A stretch of DNA of 64,000 bases from Candidatus Omnitrophota bacterium. Its GTDB lineage: Bacteria > Omnitrophota > Omnitrophia > Omnitrophales > Aquincolibacteriaceae. Shown here in pieces: positions 54,177-64,000 of this stretch. The DNA is taken from the NCBI GenBank assembly GCA_043808175.1, contig JAZDFE010000007.1, forward strand, positions 16,099-80,098, in the 5' to 3' direction. The translations under genes and the position numbers were made by a program. The notes under the pieces were generated by a model, which was not told where the DNA came from, searched no databases, and saw only the letters and a list, made by a program, of their open reading frames with translations. The first letter of the stretch is position 1. The number at the start of each line of letters is the position of its first letter.

Positions 54177-54260
54177 GTTCAAGTCTTTATTTTTTTCATG
54201 AATGGCGACTTGGACCGCCATGATTTTCGATTCGTTTTTTTAATTAAGGAAAATCATGAC
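54177..54260 (-). repeat. Two hairpin modules (84 bp) overlapping the ptsH RBS and start
   Basis: gttcaagtc/gacttggac and gccatgatt/aatcatgac; loops match the 63159 and 36144 loops on the reverse strand. Confidence 0.75.
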
Positions 54261-54552
54261 AAAACGACCTAAAAAAATCAAGCAAGAGACGATCGAACGG
54301 ATTTTTATGATTGGCAACAAACTGGGCCTTCACGCCCGGCCCGCCGCTGTTTTTGTCCAGACGGCAAATCGGTTTGAGGCGTCGGTCGAGGTTCAAAAAG
54401 ATGATATCAAGATCGATGGTAAATCGATCATGGGCATCATGACGCTTGCGGCTGAAATGGGTTCGTCGATCGCGGTGCGCGTGACCGGCAAGGACGCTGC
54501 GGAGGCCATGGAAGCGTTGGCCAAACTCATAGGATCTAATTTCGGGGAATAA
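54256..54552 (+). CDS. ptsH: Phosphocarrier HPr
   Basis: GLHARPA, KSIMG. Confidence 0.95.
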   Translation: MTKRPKKIKQETIERIFMIGNKLGLHARPAAVFVQTANRFEASVEVQKDDIKIDGKSIMGIMTLAAEMGSSIAVRVTGKDAAEAMEALAKLIGSNFGE

Positions 54553-54556
54553 ACCA

Positions 54557-56305
54557 ATGAAAGAGTACAAAGGGATCGGGGTATCGCCCGGCATTGCGAT
54601 CGGCAAGGTGTTTATCCTGCATAGCGGGGGATCTTTCAATCTTCCCAAACGTCCCGTGGGTCCCGAGCAGATCTCCAACGAGATCGCCCGGTTCGAAGAA
54701 GCCCTTACGCGCACCCGCACCGAGATCCTTGGCATTCGCCGGAGACTTTCGGGCCAGATCGGCCGGGAGAGTTCGGATATCTTTACGGCACATCTTCTGA
54801 TCCTCGAAGACCGGACCCTGATCGAAGATGTGATCGAAGTCATCAAGAGCGAGAAAGTCGGTGCGGAGTACGCCTTCGCGGCTGTGATCCAGCGTTACTT
54901 TCAGGCCTTTTCCCAGATCAATGATGAATATCTCAAAGAGCGCATTTCGGACATTCGCGATGTGGGCAAGCGTCTTCTCGCAAATCTTTGCGGCGAAGAG
55001 AAAAAACGCCTTGAGGAATTCCAAGGGAAAGTGATCATCGCTTCCCATGATCTTTCGCCGTCGGATACGGCTTCACTTGATCGGAACAAAGTCATAGCGT
55101 TCGTGACCGAGATCGGCGGGGCGACGTCACACACGGCGATCCTCGGACGTTCACTTGAGATCCCGGCCGTCGTGGGACTTGAAAAGATCATCAATGAATT
55201 CCAGGATGACGACACGATCATCGTAGATGGGACGCATGGGGTTGTGATCATCAATCCCGATCAAGCGACCATTGACAAATTTAATTCTCAGGGGAGCCGT
55301 CTTATCCAACTCACCGGAGAGCTGGATAAATTGCGCGACCTTCCGGCCGAAACACTGGACGGAAAACGCATCATACTGGCCGCCAATATCGAATTTTATC
55401 ACGAGGCATCGTCCGTCATTTCTCACGGCGGCGAAGGGGTCGGGCTTTTCCGCACGGAATATTTTTACATGAACCGGGCGACGCTTCCGACCGAACAGGA
55501 ACAATACGAGGCGTATCGCAATATCGCGCAAGCGATGCATCCGCATTCGGTGGTTATTCGCACGCTCGATCTTGGAGGCGATAAGTTCGCTTCCACGCTC
55601 GAGATCCCCCATGAGATGAATCCTTATCTTGGCTGGCGCGCCATTCGCTTCTGTCTGACGCGCACGGACATCTTTAAGACCCAGCTTCGGGCGATCCTCC
55701 GGGCGAGTGCCCACGGAGATTTGAAGATCATGTATCCCATGATCACGGGTGTTTACGAGATTCGTGACGCGTGTAAAATATTAAACGAGGCAAAAGCCGA
55801 ACTTGAAAATGAAGGCATGCCGTTTAACAAGAACATTCCTGTCGGGGCTATGATCGAGATCCCTTCGGCAGCGTTGGCCAGCGACGTGTTGGCCAAAGAA
55901 GTGGATTTCTTTTCTCTCGGGACAAACGATTTGATTCAGTATGTGCTCGCGATCGACCGCATGAACGAGAAGATAGCGCATCTTTATGAGCCGACCCATC
56001 CGGCGATCATCCGCCTGATTGATCTGACGATTCGGAACGGTCACGGTCACAACATCTGGGTGGGAAGTTGCGGAGAAATGTCCTCAGATCCGGCGATCGC
56101 CATCCTCTTGGTGGGGCTCGGGATCGACGAGATCAGCGCCAGTCCTGTCATGCTGCCCAAGATCAAGAAAGCGATCCGTTCGATCCGCTATTCCGACGCC
56201 AAGGAGATCGCCCAAAAGGCTCTCGCGTTCCACACTGGTAAAGAGACCTATGCTTTTCTGAAGGAAAAGCTCAAAGACGTTTGCGCGGAGCTTGCCGACG
56301 AATAA
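54557..56305 (+). CDS. ptsI: PTS enzyme I
   Basis: GGATSHTAI, GLFRTE, RTLDLGGDK, E.NP.LGWRAIR, GTNDL.QY, CGE. Confidence 0.97.
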   Translation: MKEYKGIGVSPGIAIGKVFILHSGGSFNLPKRPVGPEQISNEIARFEEALTRTRTEILGIRRRLSGQIGRESSDIFTAHLLILEDRTLIEDVIEVIKSEKVGAEYAFAAVIQRYFQAFSQINDEYLKERISDIRDVGKRLLANLCGEEKKRLEEFQGKVIIASHDLSPSDTASLDRNKVIAFVTEIGGATSHTAILGRSLEIPAVVGLEKIINEFQDDDTIIVDGTHGVVIINPDQATIDKFNSQGSRLIQLTGELDKLRDLPAETLDGKRIILAANIEFYHEASSVISHGGEGVGLFRTEYFYMNRATLPTEQEQYEAYRNIAQAMHPHSVVIRTLDLGGDKFASTLEIPHEMNPYLGWRAIRFCLTRTDIFKTQLRAILRASAHGDLKIMYPMITGVYEIRDACKILNEAKAELENEGMPFNKNIPVGAMIEIPSAALASDVLAKEVDFFSLGTNDLIQYVLAIDRMNEKIAHLYEPTHPAIIRLIDLTIRNGHGHNIWVGSCGEMSSDPAIAILLVGLGIDEISASPVMLPKIKKAIRSIRYSDAKEIAQKALAFHTGKETYAFLKEKLKDVCAELADE

Positions 56306-57297
56306 TGGAAGTTTATCTGAAGGATCTCGCCAATCAGGTCGTGAAGGCCCGTGCGATCGCCGGAGGCATCAGCCTCCCGTCCTCGTTCATTAAAAGGCCG
56401 GAAAAAGTCCTTTATTGCGGGATGGGCGGTTCTGCCATCAGCGGAGATATCCTTGGGACCATTGCCCAGAGTCGTTCGCGTATCCATTGGACGGTGAACC
56501 GGACTTCGCGGCTTCCCGAATGGGTCGATTCTAAAACGATCGTGATCCTTTCGAGCTACTCCGGCAACACGGATGAAGTCGAATCGATCTTTGAACAAGC
56601 GGTTGCGCGCAAAGCACATTTTCTTGTCGTGGCGTCCGGGGGACGGCTCGCGGAGGAAGCTCTCAAGAGAAAGATCCCGTTTTTCCGTTTGCCCCAGGGG
56701 TACCCGCCGCGTTTTGCGATCGGGTACACGACTTTTTCGCTTCTTTTTCTTTTTATGCGCTACCGGTGGTTCTCGGTCTCCGACAAAGAGATCAGGGAAG
56801 CGCTTCGTGGGATCCGTCATTTTCCTGAAGCAGAAGCACGCAAACTCGCGAAGCTGCTTTTCGACAAGAATATCGCGATCTACGGCGGCGGTCTGATGCA
56901 ATCCGTGGCGCTTAGGTGGCGCACCCAGTTCGCGGAGAACGCAAAGACACTGGCATCTTGCGAAGCACTGCCTGAGATGTTCCATCATGAGGTCGAAGGT
57001 TGGCATTTCCCGAAGTTCAAGGTCAGGCGCTCAGTGGCTGTTTTTCTGACGGATCGGAACGAACCCGAGTGGCTTCGCAGGAAAAAGAAGGTCGCGATGG
57101 AGGCGATCCGGGAACATGGCGCCAAGGTTGTGGAGGTCAAGGCCCGGGGCGAGGGGGTTCTTGCCCGGATTTTTTCTATGATCATGCTGGGGGATTGGAC
57201 AAGTTGCGGGTTGGCAAAACTTTACAAGGTCGATTCCATGTCGGTCGAGGTGATCGACCGGATCAAAAAGGCCTGCCCCGTTAGAGACCGACGGTAG
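56305..57297 (+). CDS. Bifunctional phosphoglucose/phosphomannose isomerase-like SIS protein
   Basis: GMGGSAI.GD, SYSGNT.E, PPR, RW..Q..ENAK, LPE..H. Confidence 0.85.
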   Translation: MEVYLKDLANQVVKARAIAGGISLPSSFIKRPEKVLYCGMGGSAISGDILGTIAQSRSRIHWTVNRTSRLPEWVDSKTIVILSSYSGNTDEVESIFEQAVARKAHFLVVASGGRLAEEALKRKIPFFRLPQGYPPRFAIGYTTFSLLFLFMRYRWFSVSDKEIREALRGIRHFPEAEARKLAKLLFDKNIAIYGGGLMQSVALRWRTQFAENAKTLASCEALPEMFHHEVEGWHFPKFKVRRSVAVFLTDRNEPEWLRRKKKVAMEAIREHGAKVVEVKARGEGVLARIFSMIMLGDWTSCGLAKLYKVDSMSVEVIDRIKKACPVRDRR

Positions 57298-57389
57298 CAT
57301 GCTTGGGTTTGATAAGAAAACAGGGAGAGAGGTACGGATGAGATTTTTCGGATCATACGGAAGCGCCGCAGGCGTTTCCTGTAACGGGG
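57276..57389. mobile_element. MITE-like element with CCCCGTTA terminal inverted repeats (copy 2)
   Basis: ccccgttagaga ... tgtaacgggg; subterminal hairpin gaagcgcc/ggcgtttc. Confidence 0.65.
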
Positions 57390-57396
57390 TGAACTT

Positions 57397-58155
57397 ATGA
57401 AGGTCATCATTCTTTGCGCGGGATATGCGACGCGTCTTTATCCGCTGACCGAGAATATGCCGAAGCCCCTGCTCTCGGTGGGCAATAGGCCCATTCTGGA
57501 GTGGATCCTGGAGCGTGTCCAGAAAGTTCAAGGCGTTCAGACCGTTTATCTCGTGAGTAATCAAAAATTCGCCGGGCATTTTGAAACTTGGGCGGCGAAG
57601 ATGAAATATCCCTGGCCGATCGAGGTCGTGAACGATCACACTACGAGTAATGAGACGCGTCTTGGAGCTATCGGGGACCTGGCGTACGTGATCGAAACGA
57701 AGAAGGTCAGTCCTTGCGACCTTTTAGTGATCGCGGGAGATAATTTCTTCGATTTTGACCTGGCGTCGTTCGTTCATTTTGGAACAAAGAAACGGCCGCA
57801 CGGAGTGATCGCGGCCTATGATGTTGGGGATAAAGAGCTGGCCAAACGCTACGGTCTTGTCAGAATCGATGCGCAGGGAAAGATCCTGGAATTTCAGGAA
57901 AAACCACCCCAACCGACCACCACGCTGGCCTCGAGTGGTATTTATTGGCTTCCCCAGGAAATTTGGAGCCTGCTTGACAGGTATATCACAAGCGGCCATA
58001 ATACCGACCAACCCGGCCATTATATGCGTTGGCTGGCTGAAACATCGGGTCTCTTTGCTTTTTCTCTTAAGGGAAAATGGTTGGATATCGGTGACCTCGA
58101 CTCTTATCGGAAAGCCAACGCCATTGTTAATACCCCAACAAATCCAAAGGAGTAA
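57397..58155 (+). CDS. Sugar-phosphate nucleotidyltransferase
   Basis: [14 protein letters not shown]...PKPLL, AGDN, EKP, WLDIG. Confidence 0.9.
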   Translation: MKVIILCAGYATRLYPLTENMPKPLLSVGNRPILEWILERVQKVQGVQTVYLVSNQKFAGHFETWAAKMKYPWPIEVVNDHTTSNETRLGAIGDLAYVIETKKVSPCDLLVIAGDNFFDFDLASFVHFGTKKRPHGVIAAYDVGDKELAKRYGLVRIDAQGKILEFQEKPPQPTTTLASSGIYWLPQEIWSLLDRYITSGHNTDQPGHYMRWLAETSGLFAFSLKGKWLDIGDLDSYRKANAIVNTPTNPKE

Positions 58156-58162
58156 CACCACT

Positions 58163-59350
58163 ATGAAAAAAGGGCATTATTTCTTCACATCTGAATCTGT
58201 TTCCGAGGGACATCCGGACAAGGTTTGCGACCAGGTTTCGGACGGGATCCTGGACGCCTACCTTGCGGGAGATCCTACGTCGCGCGTGGCCTGCGAATGT
58301 CTGGCCACGACTGACCGCTTGACCATTGCCGGCGAGATCACGAGCAAAACCAAGGTCGATGCCGAAAAAGTTGCGCGAAACATCATCCGGAAGATCGGTT
58401 ATGTGGATCCCAAGATCGGTTTCGATTATAAGACCTGCCGGGTGGATATTGCGCTCCATACCCAGTCGCCCGATATCGCGATGGGCGTGGATACGGGCGG
58501 CGCCGGGGACCAAGGCATGATGTTCGGGTTTGCGTCAAATGAGACAAAAGAACTTATGCCGCTTCCGATCATGCTCGCTCAAAAACTCGTCCGTTATTTG
58601 ACCGCCGTTCGTAAAAGCGGCAAGATCAAGTATCTTCGGCCGGATTCGAAGAGCCAAGTTACGGTGGAATACGATGGCGATGTGCCGGTGCGCGTGGATG
58701 CCGTGGTGCTTAGTTCTCAGCATGATGGGGATGTGACGCTTCCGACGATCACCAAGGACCTGACCGAAAAAGTCATCAAGAAGGTCATCCCGGCCAACTT
58801 GATGGACAAGAACACCAAGATATTCATCAATCCGACCGGACGTTTCGAGGTAGGCGGACCACATGGAGACACAGGTCTTACGGGTCGCAAGATCATCGTG
58901 GACACCTATGGCGGCATGGGCCGTCACGGGGGCGGCGCGTTCAGCGGTAAGGATCCTTCCAAAGTGGACCGCTCGGCCGCGTATTTTGCCCGTTATGTCG
59001 CAAAAAATATCGTTGCCGCCGGCATCGCCAAGCGTTGTGAGATCCAGGTTTCCTACGCGATCGGCGTGGCAGAACCCGTTTCGATCCGCGTGGAAACATT
59101 CGGGACCAGCAAGTTCGACAACGAAGAGATCGTGGAAGCGGTCCGGAAAGTTTTTGATTTTACGCCTAAAGGCATCATCGCGACCTTGGATCTTCGCCGT
59201 CCTATCTACAATAAGACCGCCGCGTACGGGCATTTTGGCCGTTCGGAAGCCGGTTTTACATGGGAAAAAACGGATGCGGTCGATCAACTTCGAAAAGCGC
59301 TGAAGCTCAAAGACAACTGTGGTTGCAGAAAAGTCGTCTGTGCAGCTTAA
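58163..59350 (+). CDS. metK: S-adenosylmethionine synthetase
   Basis: [44 protein letters not shown]. Confidence 0.98.
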   Translation: MKKGHYFFTSESVSEGHPDKVCDQVSDGILDAYLAGDPTSRVACECLATTDRLTIAGEITSKTKVDAEKVARNIIRKIGYVDPKIGFDYKTCRVDIALHTQSPDIAMGVDTGGAGDQGMMFGFASNETKELMPLPIMLAQKLVRYLTAVRKSGKIKYLRPDSKSQVTVEYDGDVPVRVDAVVLSSQHDGDVTLPTITKDLTEKVIKKVIPANLMDKNTKIFINPTGRFEVGGPHGDTGLTGRKIIVDTYGGMGRHGGGAFSGKDPSKVDRSAAYFARYVAKNIVAAGIAKRCEIQVSYAIGVAEPVSIRVETFGTSKFDNEEIVEAVRKVFDFTPKGIIATLDLRRPIYNKTAAYGHFGRSEAGFTWEKTDAVDQLRKALKLKDNCGCRKVVCAA

Positions 59351-59366
59351 CTTAGAAGAAAAGACC

Positions 59367-60806
59367 ATGACAAAAAAAGGCAAAAAGAAAGTCCATGCTT
59401 TCAAAGTGAAGAACGATTTCAAGGTCGCGGACCTTTCGCTTGCCGACTGGGGCCGTAAGGAACTCGATATGGCCGAGAAAGAAATGCCGGGGCTGATGGC
59501 GACCCGCAAGAAGTACGGGCCCAAGAAACCTCTTCAGGGCAAGCGGATCATGGGCAGTCTCCACATGACGATCCAGACCGCAGTACTGATCGAGACTTTG
59601 ATCGAGCTTGGGGCCGATGTTCGTTGGTGCTCCTGTAATATTTTTTCCACACAGGACCATGCCGCGGCCGCTTTGGCCGTGAAGGGCATTCCGGTGTTCG
59701 CTTGGAAAGGAGAGACTCTGGAAGAATATTGGTGGTGTACGCTCCAGGCGCTCAACTTTTCGGGCGGCAAGGGCCCGAATCTTATCGTGGACGACGGGGG
59801 CGATGCGACGCTCATGATCCATTTGGGTTATGACGCGGAGAAAGATCCGAAGATCCTCGACAAGAAGGTCGGCACTCAGGACGAGATCGAACTTTTCAAA
59901 CTTCTGAAAAAGGTCATGAAGGACGATCCCAGGAAATGGCACAGAGTGGTCAAGGAATGGGAAGGCGTTTCCGAGGAAACGACGACGGGCGTTCATCGCC
60001 TGTACAAAATGCAGGAACAGGGGAAACTTCTGGTCCCGGCAATCAACGTGAACGATTCTGTGACCAAATCCAAATTTGATAATCTCTACGGGTGCCGCGA
60101 ATCCCTGGCGGATGGCATCAAACGAGCGACCGATGTAATGATCGCGGGCAAGGTTGCCGTGGTGTTAGGCTACGGGGACGTGGGCAAAGGCAGCGCCCAG
60201 GCCATGCACGGTTTCGGAGCTCGCGTCATCGTGACCGAGATCGATCCGATCTGTGCGCTCCAGGCGACAATGGCCGGTTTTCAAGTCGCGCGACTGGAGG
60301 ATGTGCTTGATATCGGGGATATCTATGTGACCACGACGGGCAATATCGACGTCATCACCGCCGAACACATGTCCAAGATGAAGGACGAATCTATCGTCTG
60401 CAACATCGGACATTTTGATCATGAGATCCAGGTCGCTCAGCTTCAAAAGTGGCCGGGCATCAAAAAGATCAACATCAAACCGCAGGTCGATAAATATGTT
60501 TTCCCGGACGGGCATTCGATCATTCTTCTTGCGGAAGGCCGTCTCGTGAACCTTGGCTGTGCCACGGGCCATCCGAGCTTTGTGATGTCGAACTCCTTCA
60601 CGAATCAGACGCTCGCGCAGATCGATCTGGTGATGAACCCTAAAAAGCCCGGCGTTTATCGCCTTGAGAAGAAGCTTGATGAGGAAGTGGCCCGGCTCCA
60701 TTTGGAAAAACTGGGCGCCCGGCTCACAAGGCTTACGAAAAAACAATCCGAGTATCTTGACGTTCCTCTCGATGGTCCCTACAAACCCGAGCATTATAAA
60801 TATTAA
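59367..60806 (+). CDS. ahcY: Adenosylhomocysteinase
   Basis: [47 protein letters not shown]. Confidence 0.98.
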   Translation: MTKKGKKKVHAFKVKNDFKVADLSLADWGRKELDMAEKEMPGLMATRKKYGPKKPLQGKRIMGSLHMTIQTAVLIETLIELGADVRWCSCNIFSTQDHAAAALAVKGIPVFAWKGETLEEYWWCTLQALNFSGGKGPNLIVDDGGDATLMIHLGYDAEKDPKILDKKVGTQDEIELFKLLKKVMKDDPRKWHRVVKEWEGVSEETTTGVHRLYKMQEQGKLLVPAINVNDSVTKSKFDNLYGCRESLADGIKRATDVMIAGKVAVVLGYGDVGKGSAQAMHGFGARVIVTEIDPICALQATMAGFQVARLEDVLDIGDIYVTTTGNIDVITAEHMSKMKDESIVCNIGHFDHEIQVAQLQKWPGIKKINIKPQVDKYVFPDGHSIILLAEGRLVNLGCATGHPSFVMSNSFTNQTLAQIDLVMNPKKPGVYRLEKKLDEEVARLHLEKLGARLTRLTKKQSEYLDVPLDGPYKPEHYKY

Positions 60807-60892
60807 ACAGGCGGGTTGTCGCGGTGCCTCATCCTGAGCTAGCCCTCCGGCAATGGTTTGTGGCTTTGCGTCCACTTTGATAGGAGCTATTC

Positions 60893-62035
60893 ATGCAAAA
60901 TTTTATTTACAAAAATCCCACCGAGGTCCTTTTTGGCAAAGGCATGATCCGCGAGATCACGGGACGTGTTCCCAAAGATCTCGGCGTGCTTTTTCTTTAT
61001 GGCGGTGGATCGATCAAAAAGAACGGCGTCTACACGCAGGTCAAGGCCGCGCTCAAAGGCCATCGCGTGACCGAATTCGGCGGTGTCGAACCCAACCCGC
61101 TCTATGAAACCTGCCTTAAAGCCGTCGAGGTTGTTAAAAAGGAAAAGATCGGTTTTATCATGGCGGTGGGGGGTGGCTCGGTCCTGGACGCCGCGAAATT
61201 CATCGCGGCCGCAGCGTGCTTCAGCGGAGCAGATCCATGGACTATTCTTCTGGAAGACGGCGCCAATGTCAAAACAGCGCTCCCGATCGGCACCGTGTTG
61301 ACGCTTCCCGCGACGGGCTCCGAAGTGAACGGAAATTCTGTGATCTCCCGGGGGGCGACCCGGGAAAAGCTTTATTTTTTTTCGCCTCACGTGTTTCCCC
61401 GGTTCTCTGTCTTGGATCCCGAAACGACATTTTCATTACCCGTCAAGCAAGTGCGCAATGGGATCGTGGACGCGTTCGTGCACGTGATGGAGCAGTACAT
61501 GACATATCCGGCGCATGCTCCGCTCCAGGACCGGATGGCGGAATCGCTTCTTCAAACCTTGATCGAAGTGGCGCCTTTGGCCTTGAACAAGCCCAAGGAC
61601 TATGAGGCCCGCGCGACATTCATGTGGAGCGCGGCGCTTGCGTTGAATACTTTGATCGGTTGCGGCGTGCCGCAGGATTGGTCGACACACATGATCGCCC
61701 ACGAGTTGACCGCTTTTTACGGGCTTGATCACGCGGAAACCCTGGCGATTGTTCTTCCGGGGGTCTGGCAATATAAATTGACCGCAAAAAAGAAAAAACT
61801 GGAACAGTATGGGCAACGCATTTGGAATGTTAAGACCGCGAAAGAGGCCATCCTGAAAACCGAAACGTTTTTTCATTCCATGAAGATGCCGACGCGTCTT
61901 GGCGACTACAAGATCTCCGCCAAGGAGGCCGCTCGCAAAGTGCGTGAACGCTTCAAAGAGAGAGACTCTGTTTTTGGTGAACACGGCGACATTACGCCTG
62001 ATGCCGTGGCAAAGATCATTGCTTCCCGCGTCTGA
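60893..62035 (+). CDS. Iron-containing alcohol dehydrogenase (YqhD/BdhA-like)
   Basis: YGGGSIKK.G, GVEPNP, GGGSVLD, TLPATGSE, H.I.HELTA.YG.DHA. Confidence 0.92.
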   Translation: MQNFIYKNPTEVLFGKGMIREITGRVPKDLGVLFLYGGGSIKKNGVYTQVKAALKGHRVTEFGGVEPNPLYETCLKAVEVVKKEKIGFIMAVGGGSVLDAAKFIAAAACFSGADPWTILLEDGANVKTALPIGTVLTLPATGSEVNGNSVISRGATREKLYFFSPHVFPRFSVLDPETTFSLPVKQVRNGIVDAFVHVMEQYMTYPAHAPLQDRMAESLLQTLIEVAPLALNKPKDYEARATFMWSAALALNTLIGCGVPQDWSTHMIAHELTAFYGLDHAETLAIVLPGVWQYKLTAKKKKLEQYGQRIWNVKTAKEAILKTETFFHSMKMPTRLGDYKISAKEAARKVRERFKERDSVFGEHGDITPDAVAKIIASRV

Positions 62036-62059
62036 GTTTTCTACCCAAGGAGCATCTCC

Positions 62060-63079
62060 ATGACGAGCACAAAGATCATTTGCACGCTGGGTCCCGCTTC
62101 AAGCCGGGCCAATGTCCTGCGGCAGATGATGCGTGCGGGAATGGATGTGGTACGGCTTAATTTTTCCCACGGAACGCTTGCGGAGCACCGGGAGAAGATC
62201 TGTCTCATCAGAGCGCTGAACAAAAAATATCGCCGCCGCATCCAAATCCTGGGAGATCTCGAAGGTTATCGAATGAGGATTGGTGAGCTGAAGGGGCAGA
62301 AGCCGGTCGAGGTCAAGAAGCGGCAGATTCTCTGGCTCACGACGGAAAACACGGTCGGAGAAAATTCCCATATTCCCTTTGATTGGGTGGGTTCTTTGCG
62401 ACCTATCAAACCAGGCCAGCTTATCTACATTGACGACGGTCTTATTGCCCTCAAAGTCGAGGCTCGTGATCAAAAAAATCTCAAGACTCGCGTGATCGTT
62501 GGAGGTGCGATCAAAGAACGCAAAGGAATCAATATGCCTGGCGTGCAATTGGATGTCACGGGGCTGACCCGGAAGGACAGGGAGGACATTCATTTTTGCA
62601 TCGAGCATAAAGTGGATTATATCGCACAATCTTTCGTACGGAATAAAAGGGATATTTTAGATCTCCGGTCTCATCTGAAAAGCCACTCCCACGAATGCGA
62701 CGTGATCGCCAAGATTGAGAACCGGGAAGGGATCCGAAATATCGATGAAATCATAAGCGTTTGCGAAGGGATCATGGTCGCACGCGGGGATATGGGGATC
62801 TCTGTTCCGATTTATGAAGTGCCCTCGATTCAGAAGAAGATCATTAAGAAATGCAATAAGGCGAAGAAATTCGTGATCACGGCGACCCAGATGCTTGAGA
62901 GCATGACGGAACATCCCATCCCGACCCGCGCCGAAGTCAGTGATGTGGCGAACGCAATTCTCGATGGAACGGACTACGTGATGCTTTCCGCCGAATCTGC
63001 CGCTGGCCTTTATCCCGTTCAATGCGTTGAAATGATGAGCCAGATCATTAAATTTACCGAAAAAAATCTTAGACAATGA
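62060..63079 (+). CDS. pyk: Pyruvate kinase lacking the C-terminal domain (339 aa)
   Basis: [56 protein letters not shown]. Confidence 0.93.
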   Translation: MTSTKIICTLGPASSRANVLRQMMRAGMDVVRLNFSHGTLAEHREKICLIRALNKKYRRRIQILGDLEGYRMRIGELKGQKPVEVKKRQILWLTTENTVGENSHIPFDWVGSLRPIKPGQLIYIDDGLIALKVEARDQKNLKTRVIVGGAIKERKGINMPGVQLDVTGLTRKDREDIHFCIEHKVDYIAQSFVRNKRDILDLRSHLKSHSHECDVIAKIENREGIRNIDEIISVCEGIMVARGDMGISVPIYEVPSIQKKIIKKCNKAKKFVITATQMLESMTEHPIPTRAEVSDVANAILDGTDYVMLSAESAAGLYPVQCVEMMSQIIKFTEKNLRQ

Positions 63080-63081
63080 CT

Positions 63082-63245
63082 GTCCCAACACCTATCAATT
63101 TCTACGTAGCGGCACTTGATTCTGTTTCAAAATGAAGGTAATCAGTGCCGCCCAAGTCGCCATTGATTAAAAGAAAACAAAGACTTGGGCGGAAATTGGG
63201 CGGTTATCATCAACCCTAATGGAAAAGAATCTTAGACAATGACCG
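63082..63245. mobile_element. Nested hairpin-module array associated with a 26-bp direct repeat
   Basis: Aligns with the 52210 array with co-varying stems; DR 63059-63084 / 63222-63247 with 2 mismatches. Confidence 0.78.
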
Positions 63246-64000
63246 TCTTATTACAAGTCAATGAATTGCACAAGGCCTATGGCGCTGTAACGATCCTCGA
63301 TAACGCCACCGCGTCATTCGGAGATGATCAAAAGATCGGTGTGATCGGCCGCAACGGGGCCGGGAAATCCACGCTTTGCCGTATCATCACCGGACACGAA
63401 TCGGCTGAAAGCGGTACCGTCACGCGCAACGCTGCGTTGCGCCTCTCCTATCTCGAACAGCATGATACGTTCAAGCCCGGGGAGCGGGTGGTGGACTTCC
63501 TGATGCGCACCACGCGGAGCGAGCATTGGGAGTGCGGGCAGATCGCCGCGCGGTTCCAGCTTGAAAATGAGATCCTTGAAGAATCCGTACGGAATCTTCC
63601 GGGAGGTTTTCAGACGCGCGTGAAGCTTGCGGCAATGCTTTTGGGCGACCCCAATTTCCTGATTCTTGACGAACCTAGCAACTATTTAGATTTGAGCACG
63701 TTGATCCTTTTAGAAAATTTTCTGCTCGATTTCAAAGGCGGGTATCTGGTCGTCTCCCACGATCGGGAATTCTTGAAGCGGACCTGTGATCACACGCTTG
63801 AGGTCGAGAACGGAGGGCTTGCCCTTTATCCCGGGGACATTGAAGAGTATTTCGAATTCAAGGAGGAGCAACTCGCCCAGAAACAGGCCTATAACCGCGG
63901 TCTCGACAAGAAACGGGAACAACTCCAGATCTTCATTGACCGGTTCAAGGCGAAGGCTTCCACGGCGACGCGTGCACAGTCGAAAATGAAACAACTCGCA
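63239..64000 (+). CDS. ABC-F family ATPase (3'-partial; absent from ORF track)
   Basis: Translated by hand: MTVLLQVNELHKAYG..., GRNGAGKST, LILDEPSNYLD, VSHDREFL. Confidence 0.9.
   Translation, partial: MTVLLQVNELHKAYGAVTILDNATASFGDDQKIGVIGRNGAGKSTLCRIITGHESAESGTVTRNAALRLSYLEQHDTFKPGERVVDFLMRTTRSEHWECGQIAARFQLENEILEESVRNLPGGFQTRVKLAAMLLGDPNFLILDEPSNYLDLSTLILLENFLLDFKGGYLVVSHDREFLKRTCDHTLEVENGGLALYPGDIEEYFEFKEEQLAQKQAYNRGLDKKREQLQIFIDRFKAKASTATRAQSKMKQLA

Noticed and set aside
60801-60850. acaggcgggttg shared with 43724, or a SAM/SAH riboswitch near metK-ahcY
   Set aside because: A 12-bp match without shared structure; no riboswitch consensus recognised, and metK has almost no leader.

Overview
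64-kb core-chromosome segment from a Gram-negative bacterium; gene order and repeat style suggest Omnitrophota/PVC-related, which is inference only. All ~60 credible CDSs are on the + strand: rpoA-rplQ, aspC, compact mfd, surA-pdxA-rsmA, eno-ftsB, ilvBNC-leuA, aroE-pilD-aroCKB, dprA..topA-xerC, a large LPS/Kdo cluster with fused glycosyltransferases, pyrG, lptC/A-lptB-hpf-ptsN-yvcK-ptsH-ptsI, metK-ahcY, pyk and an ABC-F. No rRNA, tRNA, CRISPR array or transposase was recognised. The main unexplained signal is a family of ~42-bp hairpin modules with 8-9 bp stems that vary but co-vary and conserved, asymmetric, mostly 23-nt loops. They occur as tandem arrays, nested inside each other at a duplicated CGG, and as 84-bp (28-codon) in-frame insertions in aroE and twice in a GT9 glycosyltransferase. 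Two more repeat families (7-bp-period inverted arrays and a CCCCGTTAGAGA-ended MITE-like element) also remodel gene ends. lpxK has a single in-frame TAG.
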